This document shows, one piece after another, positions 49,784 to 62,800 of a stretch of DNA of 64,000 nt. The notes under the pieces are model-generated. The model had not been told where the DNA came from. It saw only the letters and a program-made list of their open reading frames with translations, and ran no database searches. The stretch lies in NCBI GenBank assembly GCA_003693705.1, contig RBZT01000409.1, forward strand, positions 1-64,000, in the 5' to 3' direction. Within the stretch, counting starts at the first letter, position 1, and every line of letters starts with the position of its first letter. The position numbers and the translations under genes are program-made. This DNA comes from Polymyxa betae A26-41. Its lineage: Eukaryota > Protista > Endomyxa: Phytomyxea.

Positions 49784-52020
49784 TTAGACTTCCTGGCGTT
49801 CTGATTCAGCACGCTGCGTTGGAAGCATGGCATCGGCACCATAACGAGTTTTGCCCTCCTGAGCTGCAACCAATGAAGGGTGTCTGCCGGAGCAAGACAT
49901 TGATGGTGATGGGTTCTGACGAACAAACATTTTCGCAGCCTGACCGAGGTATTTAGAGGACATCGATAAAGTATTAATACACGTCTTACCGCACGAACAA
50001 ACCCGATGAAAGGGGGCGACGGAGCGAATGGTCGAGATTGAAACTCAGGATGGAATTGAGTACCGAAATAGAAAGGATGGGAATCGAGCTCGGCCATTTC
50101 CATACGTTCAGCCAGCAGATCTTGACCGGAGAAACACAGACCACCTTGCTCCAATTTCTTGATATAATTGGGATTGACCTCATATCTACAATCCCATCAG
50201 TACTTTTGTGGTACCGAGTCAGGTTGCAAACCTGTGGCGATGTCGTTCAGCAATCTGGGTGTGGCCATAGTACAATTGGAAGCCGAGCGAATTCGGTTTA
50301 ACTTTGGTGACACGAGATCCAAGACGCATGGTACCTCCCATATGAGTGGTGGAAATTTCGGGCATGAACATGACGACAGGCTGCTCAGCGAATTCGTCAA
50401 ATTCGGCGCTATTGGCATCAGCCAAACTGCAGACATTGCGGGCGAACTCAATCACCATGACTTGCATACCCAAACAGATACCAAGATATGGGACTTTGGA
50501 TTCACGGGCGTACTGGGCCGCCAAAATCTTGCCTTCCACACCACGACTGCCGAAGCCGCCCGGAATCAGAATACCATCAACGGCACGTAAAGCATCCCAC
50601 GCTGCCTAAACATAACTAAGAAGAAGGAAGATACAAGAATACGTTGTTAGGTACTTTATAGGTTTCAGGATGATCATGCTCAGTTTTGGGCTCTAACTCG
50701 GAGCTATCAATCCAATGAACAGCCAGCTTGAGCTTAGCATCAATAGCAGAGTGCGTGAGAGCTTTCAAAACGGATAGATAAGAATCTGATAAACCGTTGT
50801 ACTAAACAGGATCACTATTAGATATCATTGAAGGTTGCTAAACAACAGCTACGAACCTTGCCAACCATCGCAATGTTGACAGTTTTGGAAACGGAATCGA
50901 CAGTATTAGCCAGCTCACGCCATTGAGGCATGTCTTCAGGCGGCACGATATTGAACCGCAGACAGGACAAGATCAGCGACGGCAGGCGCTGATCTAACAA
51001 GGTCAGCGGGGCATGGTAGAGATTCTTGAGATCCGGAACAGATAGAACATGAGTGGAAGGCACCATGCAGAACCTGACCGCATATTCAGCAATGTCAAAT
51101 AATAAACAAAGGTGTTAGTACAGAGAGATCTTCTGCTGAACGGATCGAGAAAGCACTTCCGAACTGCGGCAGATGATAATGTCGGGGGCCAAACCGCCCG
51201 CACGTAATTCTCGAACCGAATGCTGGATGGGTTTGGATTTCTGTTCACCAACGGCACCAATGGTTGGCACCAAACTGACATGAACATGACAGAAATTATC
51301 ACGGCCAACCTACACAAATGTGAGCCTAGTTGAAAGCAAAGGCCGCAACGAAACCCGACTTTGAACTGGAATTGACGCAGCGCTTCCATGAAGACCATCG
51401 ATTCGATGTCTCCGACGGTTCCACCGAGTTCAATAATGCAGACGTCGGGGGCAGAGTCGTCCTTGACGTTATTGCAAACCGGTTTCACAGCAACACGTTC
51501 GATCCAGTCCTGAATCGCATCCGTAATATGCGGCACCTAACAAGAATCAATTGGCAGCCAATGAGCGATCGAAGAACGCATACCACTTGGACGGTTTTGC
51601 CAAGATAATCACCACGACGTTCACGAGAGATGACAAGATCATAGATCTTGCCGGTTGTGATATTGTGGTCTTTGGTCAAAGAGACGTCAAGAAATCGCCT
51701 GTTATAGAACATCTACAACGATGGAAATAGATCATAGCAGAGACATACTCGTAATTTCCGAGGTCCAGATCAGCCTCACCGCCATCGTCAAGGACATAGA
51801 CTTCACCATGCTCATATGGTGACATTGTCCCAGCATCCTTATTCAGATACGGGTCGATTTTGATCGACGTCACCTGTTAGATTAATGAGAGATGAACCTG
51901 GTATCTGGGGATGTATGACACCTTGAGATTGCAATGCTGAAGGAGAACACCGATAGAGGAAGCGGTGATGCCCTTGCCGAGACCAGATACGACTCCCCCT
52001 GATACTAGCACATATTTCAT
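49784..52020 (-). CDS. CTPS: CTP synthase
   Basis: [93 protein letters not shown]. Confidence 0.97.
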
Positions 52021-52426
52021 ACTGTGACGACGCTCGACCAAGTTGGGAAGGAAGATTGCAGATTTTGAGGTCTGCGACCTCGATCAGAAGCGGGCGCGGA
52101 GTGACGGAGTCGATCGGAACTATACAAGTCCGTGACGCAATTCTCAAATCCCTGCGTCTTCACTGCTGATTGCATCAACTCCGAAGGGCATACATACAGT
52201 AGCAGCCTGCAAATCACAATCAATAAAACAGGGAGGAAAGATAAGATGATAAAACCTTTGATATAAAGATGTAGTTCGTCGAAATTTCAAGAAGTTACCT
52301 TTCCGGTGGCAAAATAGATTGAAGGGCCGACTGACAGCCAGCGAACAACCAGATGCAGATTTCAAGCTTTGACGGGCATCGCCATGACGACGACTGTCCG
52401 AAAATCAAGCCACAATTTCTGCTGGA

Positions 52427-54104
52427 ATGGAATCCGAGATATCATCTGTGGACGCTTTCGCCAACGACGACGATCATGAACGTGACCCGGAGCGAATTTG
52501 GCAGGATCCGTTTGCCTGGATGGATTTTGCATATAACGCCCCTGAATATATCGAATATTCCGAGTTCCAGTCGTTTCAGATTCTGGAGCTGGGCGACCTG
52601 GCTTCGACCTATAATGGTGAACCGGTTGTGATTCAAATTAAGGACATGTCAACGGCTGCGTCTAGGCTAGTGACTTTACGTGAATGGCAAAGATGGCGAA
52701 CGATGACGCACCAAAATATCATCCAGCTGACCGGTGTTTCGATCCTATCGGGACAGGCATTGGCTTTCATATTCCCTGCGCTTCTGAGCCTAACAGAAAC
52801 TCGCATGTACTCGTGCTCGACTCCGACTTCAAATCGACCAAACACTGGATGCTCTAGGAACACGATAGTTGATGAAGTTCGAGCAATGCAGATTGCCGCC
52901 AACGTGGCCAATGCTCTGCAGTTTATCCACAGCCGAAGGATGATCCATGGCGATATCACACCAATGTCGATCGTCGTCAGCCCCGATGGCAAAGCGCAGG
53001 TTCGTGCAATATCACGATTTCTGATCACATCCTGAGTACATCCAAGCTGACTGGATTCGGGGAGGATGAAGACACCGGGTTTGCAACAAGTTGTCGGCTG
53101 GCATCGTTGGAATATGCTGCTCCTGAGATTATTGACGAGAATCTTCGAGGTCCATGTGGATTTACATGCCGGGCTGATGTCTGGTCGTTGGGCATCGTCT
53201 TGTCAGAACTGGTTAACGGGTCGCTAGTTTGGCAAACAGCAGAACCTGGTGACGATCTTAGCCAGAGAATTGCCAATGGTATGCGACCTTGCCTTCCATC
53301 TAATGTATCAGTAGCATTGAGAGAGATTATCGCAAACTGTCTTGAGTTAGAAGCCCGTCGGCGCCCAACGGCACAATCGTTAGCGCATCGACTGACGATG
53401 TTGATCAAATGGCGAAAAGGTAATACAGCGAATGCCGCAATTGTTAGAGCTCAGAATGCATCTTATCAACATTCGACGCCTACCACGTACCAGGCACATC
53501 GTGTATCAGGTTGCCGGTCTAACGCTCAGCTCGTCTATCTACATTCCACATCGCAGATTAGAGATGATGGATCCAATGGACAAGTCCAACTTAATCTCGA
53601 GTACATCTTTCTTTTACAAAAAATTCTTCGAATTTTAGGTTGCGGCGAATATGCAGGTAAGTTGATATTAGATGACTAGCATACTGAAAACGGTAAAAAA
53701 GATATGAACGTTCAACAAGAGCCACAGCTGAAAGAACGAGACACAGCGACAACGCCTGAGACTTTGGGATCAAGCGAGGCGAAAGCTTGTAGTGACAACC
53801 CGGATGAACACGGTAAGAAAAGCAAAAAGTCGTCGGATAAAATAAGCAAGATAAATATTGATTTAGCAGAAGTAGCTGATGAGTTAGCGAGACAGTGTTC
53901 AAGGGAACTAGTTGAGGACGACAGCAGCCAAATTCAAGCTAAGAGATCAAGCATTCAGTTGACAATCTTTGTTGAACGAATCGTAATATTGACCATACAA
54001 TTCTTCTGGATATGTACAGCTACATTCGCAAACGTGATCATCATGAATCGAAGAAAATGAGAGCCGCCGGACTCCTGCATAACATTGCCAACTGCTTAAT
54101 ATAG
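52427..54104 (+). CDS. TKL-like protein kinase-fold protein, predicted pseudokinase (3' exons uncertain)
   Basis: HQNIIQLTG, IHGDITPMS, LTGFG, YAAPE, ADVWSLG, GMRP.LP, CL...RRP; VAIK, HRD..N and DFG motifs are degenerate. Confidence 0.75.
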
Positions 54105-54207
54105 TATCTATACTCCTTAAAAAATATCTCTGAGAATGTCAGTTGAGATGAACAGTGTTCTTGAGGTATGTTTAACGGTGGATTGATAATGTATATTAAG
54201 AGCTAAG

Positions 54208-55029
54208 CTACACGTCAATCCTTCGCCTTTTGGTATCCTGCAAGCTTATGTGAGAGGGTCAAAACATCGACAACAAATTCAATACCTGTTGTATGGGTGC
54301 TTCATGGTCGGTTTCATCACTAGAGCTGTCGTTATTAAACGAGGTCTTAGCGCCATCAATGTTGTTAGACTTAATCTTCGAAATAATTGCTATCGGGGTC
54401 GGTTTATCCCCGGCGTAATCCAGCGTCCAGCGCCTAGCATTCTCTTCGTATTTCCGCAAATCCCTCTTGTAAAGATTTGAGATTTCAGGGTCCAGTCCAT
54501 CTAAGCAAAGTGAGACCTAAAAGCCAAACAAGCAGAGAGGCGGCTGCTTGTTACCGTCAGGATTGGGTGATGCTAACAGAAGGGATATTGAAGAAAGAAT
54601 AGTAGAGAGATTGAGGGATGGAGTCCAAGCACCTTTCGGAGGCATCTTTAGTAGATCAAGGCAGATTCTCCCAGCTGAGTCCTAAGAATTCCCCAGCGAA
54701 TAAATCTCGAAACAATGATTACAACTCTTTAACTGACAATATTACAATGATAAACTGGTGTGATGAAGCGTATCTGATTGCCCCAATCAACACATTTCAA
54801 ACAAATGGCAATACTATCATACCTCCGGTGGTTCAAAAGGATATCGAGACGATATATTGACTTCAAGCCTGAATATACCTTCGGCATACGGGGTGTCAGG
54901 AGGGCCAGTTATCCGGGCATCGATCACGTTCATCTTGGCTTCATCCCGTGGCCAGGCTGATATTCCAGGTGGGCAGCAATCAGACAGCAGACGAAGCTCA
55001 CGGGCGAGGCGAGCTGTCATGATCGACAT
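54208..55029 (-). CDS. UBE2T: Ubiquitin-conjugating enzyme E2 T
   Basis: [28 protein letters not shown]...[42 protein letters not shown], plus a C-terminal extension. Confidence 0.92.
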
Positions 55030-55248
55030 TGATGACGACGCCGCCTTGACGAAAGAGAATGAAGCGCAGCGGCCTTTTCTGAAACGTTTGTGCAACGAAT
55101 CCGTGTAAAGTCTGTAGCAAGAAGGCTTCACGTTCATCCACTCGCAAATCATAAAATATCCGAACAATGGCAGTTGACTTTCTAACGTGCGCGTATTGCT
55201 GATATGAGTGACAAAGCAAAAGGTGCTGGTATTTACAACAATAATCGA

Positions 55249-55794
55249 TTAGGAAGAAGAAGGTAAAGGTTTATCAGGATTGGCTGAATGAAACACGCGA
55301 ACATATTCGTGAAATTCAGATGGAGCATTGGTAAGCGATTGCATGGATTCCCAGCTTTGTTGAGAGACGCGATACCCTTTCCAATGAACTTTATATTGCA
55401 GTTGGCCTTCCACCAGCCGTGAATCGACAGGGCAAGCTGGTTCCTTAAACCGAAATTCAAGCGCAGATTCGAACAGTGATAAGTCGTTGACAATTGAAGC
55501 ATCGTCCTCAATGAACGGAGTTACCCACCGCAAGGCATCGTCTTTCATCAAGCTGACATACAAGGCAATCTTCGAAGAATCTGTTGGATAAAGCGAGCGA
55601 TGGGCATTCAAGAAGTTCTTGATTTGAGCCTTCCAGAATCGGAAGTCAACAGAACCGCCCGAAAATTTATCAGGCATTGGTAGGCGCACCGTCGGTACCA
55701 ACTCGAACTGAAGCGAACGCAGCTGAGCCGTCATATCGTCAAGCATGGGCCGGGCGCCATTCAGACCGTTGTCGTTATTCAGATCCATTTGCAT
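55249..55794 (-). CDS. Retrotransposon-derived Gag capsid-N domain fused to a chromodomain (181 aa)
   Basis: Gag/PEG10-like PMPDKFSG...FRFW..QI..FL......YPTDSSKI....SLMKDDALRW.TP......F...L..RF.EP joined to a chromovirus-type chromodomain VDSR...GQLQYKVHWKGY..SQQSWE...L.NAP...FHSANPDKP. Intact ORF with ATG. Confidence 0.8.
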   Translation of the reverse strand: MQMDLNNDNGLNGARPMLDDMTAQLRSLQFELVPTVRLPMPDKFSGGSVDFRFWKAQIKNFLNAHRSLYPTDSSKIALYVSLMKDDALRWVTPFIEDDASIVNDLSLFESALEFRFKEPACPVDSRLVEGQLQYKVHWKGYRVSQQSWESMQSLTNAPSEFHEYVRVFHSANPDKPLPSSS

Positions 55795-56091
55795 TTGTCA
55801 CAATGGACAAACCCATGAGTCATCTACCGATCGTCAACATCCGACCGCATAAAGATCTATCTGCCCCAAAGACTTTTCAGGTTCCTTCTGATCAGATTTA
55901 AGTGGGAGGAACTTATGGAACATCACTCGCTCTGTCTATTACGACTTGTTCGGAAAATTTTGGCGCTCAATGGTGACACTGCACTCTGTAGGTTCATGTG
56001 TTCGAGATGGGGGTTGCGCCCAGCAGTTGAAACTCTGCACTCCGAGTCATTCCGACTTTTTATTGATATCTATCTTATTGTAGAAGTCGCT

Positions 56092-56801
56092 ATGGTCAAG
56101 GCAGTCTGTGTTCTGAAGGGCGAAGGCGTTAACGGTGTCGTAACACTGGTTCAGGCAGCGGAAAACGCCCCGACCTCCATCACCGGCTCTGTTTCAGGAC
56201 TTGTTCCGGTGAACTATTCTCTAGGTTGATTTGCAATTTGCACACTCAATTCTCCTGTAGGGTCAACACGGTTTTCATGTTCACGAATGGGGTATCTGCT
56301 TTTGAAATTTGCTGCAAAACCTTATGGTAATTGAGTGAAGGTGACACCTCTCAGGGCTGCACCTCCGCCGGTGGCCATTACAATCCGTTCAAGAAGACGC
56401 ATGGTGCTCCATCTGACGAAGAGCGCCATGTCGGTGATTTAGGCAACATATCTGCCAATGAAAGAGGTTTAACTATAATGTCGTGATTCTGGTTTCTAAG
56501 CTGTTGCTAGGGGTTGCTACCATCAGCGTTACTGACAAAATGATTCAGCTACAAGGACCTCAATCTGTTATTGGTCGTGCTTTTGTTGTCCATGAGGGTG
56601 ACAATCATAGTGATTATGCTTGCAGTTTTTAAAAATATCATATTATTTAGGCGTTGACGATCTTGGTAAAGGCGGCCACGAACTATCAAAGACCACTGGG
56701 AATGCCGGAGGTATTCTGAGTTTTAACTGTGCACTCAAGATTACTAAACTTTTTGTCCAGGCCGTGTTGCATGTGGGGTTATAGGTGTCGCTAACGAATA
56801 A
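56092..56801 (+). CDS. SOD1: Cu/Zn superoxide dismutase
   Basis: [34 protein letters not shown]....[18 protein letters not shown]...DDLGKGG...[17 protein letters not shown]; 5 introns. Confidence 0.97.
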
Positions 56802-56884
56802 CCATCGGCTCCAATTCCAAAGTATTAATAGAGATTTATGTGATTTTGTACTTGATCAGTTTATCCGTTAAATATGGTTGTTGT

Positions 56885-59800
56885 TTAATCATTCAACTGG
56901 GTCAGAAGTGCTACTCCACGACGAACCCAATGACTTGGTGGCTTGCTAGTTGGCAGTCTAATTGTCATTACGAAATTTGTCGAATGTCCTGTGGTTGATA
57001 GCGTCCCTCTACGATCCAGCGTTTTGTACACTGGGCAATCGTAACGATTCTCAGTTCGAACGCCATCTGTTCGGACCGGCTTCAACCAAATTATTGGTGC
57101 AGGCGAAAACAGGACTTTCGGTGCTGATTCGTCAAGCGTTGAGGTAGCACAGTCCCATCGAGCCCCTTCCAAAAACAGCCCGCTAACTAGAGCGCCATCT
57201 TGAGGTCGCGTCACTGTGCTTTCTTCGTTGATGCACTCGAAATCAAACGCGATCTCGTCGATGGGAATTGAGTGCTTCCTGGCGTAATTCTTCGACACTT
57301 TTAGAAAGCATAACAAACTTTGACGATAGTGCACAAACCTGTAGCACCCCTGTCAGAAAAGACTGGGTGAAAAAGAAGCCAGAGATCCAAAAAACGTCTG
57401 GAGACGTTCCGGTCTGGATCCACTTCTGAAAGCAGTGAAGACGTGCAATTAAATCTGTTATGTAACTGGAAAGTGGTTTCATGGTTGGATAAGAGACGGA
57501 TAACCACTTTTTGGGAACAGCACCGTCAAAGAGCGCATCGCTTAACTGTTCTAATTCTGAAGACATGACCACAAGTCCCACTGTCAAAAAGAAATTAGAG
57601 ATCTAGAATTAGAAGTGTATGGTAAGCTGACCCAGCGCTTTTTGCAAATCGGTTAATGAATGACGTATTATGCCAATGAGACGGTTATAACGAATCAGTT
57701 CCTGGCATAGAACCGTATTCATGCTTTCTTTATAGTTGACGGGGAATCGAATCTGAACTGATTCTAGATCAAACGCCGCTGGGACTTTTAACAGAATATC
57801 GCCGGCAATCTCTCCAACAATCTCTTCCTAAATAGCAATTGCTTAATAATCTTCGCTCCCCACTTCTTTCCCAAAACCTTCGATTTCGATCCGGCACTTG
57901 CAGATCTTGCTTGTGTCAGCAGAATAGATTTCAATAACACTGTTGTCTCATTTCTGTCTTTTGTGATATCGGCGTTATCGTGCAGGCCGAATACTTCTGG
58001 CCTCGCAACGCTGGGAAACGACCGGCAATGTTCAACATAATGTGTATAATTGCTTGATAATTCTGGGACCTGGAATTCACTTGTGTCAGGTTTCTAATCT
58101 TACTGTACAGCTTTTCAGACCTGGTAAAGACCTGATTCAGACAAAGGATGGCCTTTAACCAGGATTTCTGCGCCGATACAGTTCATCAGAATCTCAATAA
58201 GTGTTCGACGATCCCAATCGTCAGTAACACGCCCACCGTAATTGCACTGCCCGATTAGGTAACGGATAGCCTTATATGGGATTGTTTCTACATCCTCTGC
58301 GTGGCTTACAAACATGTGAAGCTGACGAACACTGATTCGTAGATCGCTCTCATTAAATTCGTAAGGGATGTTCCAACCCAGAGGACCGAATGACCGTCTT
58401 TCCTGAACTAAGGCATGGAAAAAACATAATCCATACAGAAGCGATGCCCTATATAAAGATTGCAGGTTCAATATATGGTCAAGACACTGCAGCCAGAAGG
58501 AGAATACATACCATTGCGGCTGATGGTTGCAACCGCCAAAGAACTCGGGATCGCAAATCGGATCCCGGCTATATGACGCTAACAAATTCGCTTTCAAACC
58601 TTTAGGTGGTTCATTCGTCATTTTGACAGCACGTTGCAGAACCGATACTGGGAAGCGATCCGATGGGTATGACGTTAACCATAGACGATAATCTGCATGG
58701 GCTCCGGATGCCCTAAAACCGTTTACTATCCAGCATCAAAATTGACACTCGCTTACGTCGTAGATTCGATAATTCGCTCTAATGTCGGCATCCAAGAGAT
58801 TGCCAGATGACAATTCTGTAGAACGATCCAAGATCCACGAATCTGTCCAGTCTCAATCAAACTAGCTGCCAGCGGTCCCTGTTAACTTTCAGAAATCAAC
58901 TGTAGTCAGATTGCTGCTGCCCTTACCTGGCCTTGACCCAACGATATGGATTCCAATCGTGAGCTGAGTCCGAGATCGGCTGCAAACTTTATCAGACTCG
59001 ATAACGGATCCTATGTCAAAGTTTAGGATGTGCAAACGACAAGCAAAAACGGAAACATACAGATCCCGGCGAAAGAACGAACAGAAGCGGTATGGAACTG
59101 TCTGCGTCTTTGAAGGCGGCGGCCAAATCAAAAGGCGGAATTTCGACGAACTTTTGTCCAAGGTGCTCGGCAATGAAGTCGCGAACGGCAGGGACGATCT
59201 TATCAGGACGCAAACAGCGCAATACAAGCATTTTTTGGAATGAAGTCAAACCTATACATAAGTCAACACGAGAAATTCAGTGAGTACTGAATTGAAGATT
59301 ACCAGGTTGTAGGGATCCTGGAAACCGAGTCTGATGAGGCTCAAAGGAGTCAAACACGTGTTTCCAATCGTTAGCATACTCTCGAAAGGTGGATGCAAGC
59401 GTAGCGAATTCAGTAAAAGTAGCAGATAAACGCTGAATCTCAAGCCAGGCTGTGGCTTGCAACCAATCCGGACACGGGTTTGCCAACATCAATAAGTCAG
59501 CATCGACTGATACGCCGCCTGTACAATCTTTAGCACTGGTCGTAAGTGTCGACCATATTCAAACCTGTAAGCAGCATCCGCCATTGCTCTGGCTGGATTT
59601 GGCCACGGGCCTTTAGAAGATTGGCAGTTAGAAGGAAAGCAAATAACAATTTATCCTTTTCAAAAAGTGATCGGCAGACCGCACCGAACAAAGAAAAAGT
59701 GAAATGGTCGTTCAAGTTCTGAAGGCGTGACTCTAAAACGTTGGATGCCTCTGCGGCCTCAATGGCCTTTTCGTACATATTCAGGAACCAGCTCAAAGAA

Positions 59801-62800
59801 TATTGATACATCGGATCCACATTTGCAAGATCCGCAATACAGAAGAACAGTACCGAAGAATGAAATGCTACCGGTTTGTAACCCATCCGAGCAGTATCGA
59901 TCTGCATACTGTTTTCAACCGACGATGGGCAGCACTGAGCACTTTCTTACTTCTTTCTCAGTCTTATCAGAGATGCGTTGCTTTTCGGCAATATCGTTGG
60001 AGATTTGTTTCGACGCAGAAAGAACTTGAATTGCGCTTTCGTCATCAAGAATACTTCCCTCAGACGACGACAGAACCTAAACGGAAATTTGTCAGATGGA
60101 CAATGCAGTGATTCAGTAAAACTGACCCGCAGAATCTCATCTTCTATGTCTTTTAGATTCTTCTTATTCTCTGCACTTTGTACTATCAGCCGGTTCTTTT
60201 CAGCCTGAAGTTCGGGACGTTCCCTACGATATTCTGCTCAGTATTTACAGAAAAGAACAGCAACTGTAGATAAACCCCATATTAACTTGTAATGGCTGCT
60301 CTCAAAATACTACTTTGGATGGTCGAAACTAAAACTTACTTCGCAACAACAATTCCAAGAAGCTGGTCCTCGAGACCATCAGGTGTTATCATAAAATTCA
60401 GCAAGGTGACTTTTGTGGAGAGCTCAGGAAGATAATGTGGATTTCGCATCTTCGAAGTGATGTAAAACCTAATTGTAATAAGCTACTGATTTGGTACCGT
60501 CAACAAAATTCTTCTACCTGAACTGTTCTGAGTATTCGATTTCAGCATCACCCAATTTGATCATCACCAGGCCTCCTTTGCGGTATGTTTGCTGGAGCAG
60601 AATGGGTTCCAAGGTTGGATCCAGTTCTTCGCCGACGTTTTCCAATAGGACTGGGATGCCAAACTGCACCGAGCCTAATCGAACTGTCACAAATCGAATT
60701 GCAATGGCCCAAGGGTTTTACCTTCCAATCGCCTAGCGAAATCAGCATCTGTAAGTTTGATAACGACCAGCTTCTTATCACGCTCTTTATGTTTGATCCA
60801 GGCGTTCGCTTGACCCTATTTCTCTTAAATTCCAAATCAAAATTCAACTTGGCAATCAACCTGAGGATCGATCATAAGAGGCCATCGTCTTGCTTTTTGA
60901 ATGATGATAGCATTGTCAATAGAGAAGGAGTCATTTGGAAGTCCATCGAGAACCCACTGACGAATATGAACAGGGTCGCCTAATATCTTTTCATTAGCTG
61001 AATATCAAAAAAAGGACAAAAAAAAACCTAAAGCGGAGGCCAGATTAAACCGATCAGCACACTGAAGGGACGAAGCGCGACACATCTGCGCCCACGATTC
61101 GATACATTGTGATCGATATGCAGCAGTGAATGCTCCCAAATAAGCAATAGCTCCTGACGAAAGAACAATGTCTCCAACTACTTGTTCATATTGACGGCTA
61201 AGTTGAGCGGCGGCCTCGGTCCAACGTTCTTTTTCACCGCCAAGACCACCGATCAGCTGCTGACCGCGAACCAGTTTCTTGCCGCATAAATCCACCTGGG
61301 CTTCCAGATCTGACTTTTTCAGCTGCATCGATTGCAATTTTTCATTTAAGGCGGCGACCTTGGCTTGAACGCTTGCAAGCTCTGCTTGCTTCGCTAACAG
61401 GCCCTTCTCGACCTCCGAGTACTCCGCCTTGGCATTATCAAGCGCTTCACGCTTCGGACGAATCGTGTTAGCAACCTCATCGTATTGGTACATGGCTCGA
61501 ACCCATGAGCACAAACCAAAAGCTGCCTTTGAAGCTTTTTTAACAGAGACTGGATCGAACAGTGGGTCATCAATATAGGTCGCAATCTTCTTGATGGTAT
61601 CTCGCGGAATGTTGTCTTTGTCAAATGATGACAGTGTCGCCAATAGCTTAGGATCGCTTAGCAGTTTCTTCTTTGCTGGGTCCCAATAATCTTTGACCAT
61701 TTTCCCGGTGGCATCCGGCGTCCGTGTTGGCGGAATATTCGTCATGACGCAAACTGCCTCCATGACGATCAGAACACCGGCTGGAGGGCTCTTCATTGCC
61801 TTCACTTCAACCAGATCACTTTTTGTTAAAGTGTTGAGGGCGGCTACTGCAGACTCTAAAATCGGCATTGCTTGAGCCAATTCTGCGGCGCATTCGTCAG
61901 CGATCGCTTTTGCAGCGGCTGCTTTCTCGTTCGCGATTGCTTCCTCTTTCTCAACACTAAACTTAATCGCCTGAAAAGTTTGAGCAAGAAGTTCGAGTGA
62001 CACAGCAGACAGCAAACCTCGGCATCGGCCGTCTCCTTGTCGACTTGGACGATCATCTCATCGGTTTCTTGGCCCGTTCGAATAAGAACAGGTCGCAGCT
62101 CTTCGATTTCCGTAAGCATAGTCTTGACTTGATCGCCAGTTGTAGCCAATACTTGTAAGCCGCCTTCATATCGGCGTTTAGCAGTCATTATCTGTTTGAC
62201 TTTCTCGGACAAGAGAGATTTAAACGACTTAATCAACTCCAGATAAGATCTGAAAGGTGTAAGCACAAGGTTCCAGCTATCAGGTAGCGATAGTTTACGA
62301 TGGCGTTACGTAGTAATGTCGACGAAGCTCCTGTTTGAAACGTTTCGCAAGCTCATCGGTGGTCTGATGGAAGTTAACGCATAGAGTTACACAAGCTGCA
62401 CGAGAAGATTCAGAGATGTCGACATCAGCGAGAGATTCACGGGCTACTGTTTCTATAATTTTCACACATTAATAGCTGAAGGTTAAGCGTTGATATGTCC
62501 ATACCAAGCGCGTTTCTGGGCCATTGTTGCATCCAGTCAATAGTGCAGCAGTTGACAAATGACGGGAACATCCGCAACCGTGTTCGCAGGGCATCTCCAA
62601 CCGGAGACATGCAGAGAATCAAGTGCAGATTTTGCCGAACCATATCAACGAAAAGGGACGTCAGTTCAGCAGGAGTCGGTTCAGAATCGCGCCTGCCTCG
62701 TTTAAAAACCGGTAATAGGTTGGTGCAAATTTCTGCTTTTTCATCGGAAGCAAAGAGATTCGGTACCTAAACAGTTAATTATTTGATTTGGACCGTCGAA

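Noticed and set aside
55795-55900. LTR for the Gag-chromo ORF (minus strand ends ...TGTGACA just before the ATG)
   Set aside because: No matching second copy or polypurine tract downstream; at most a remnant
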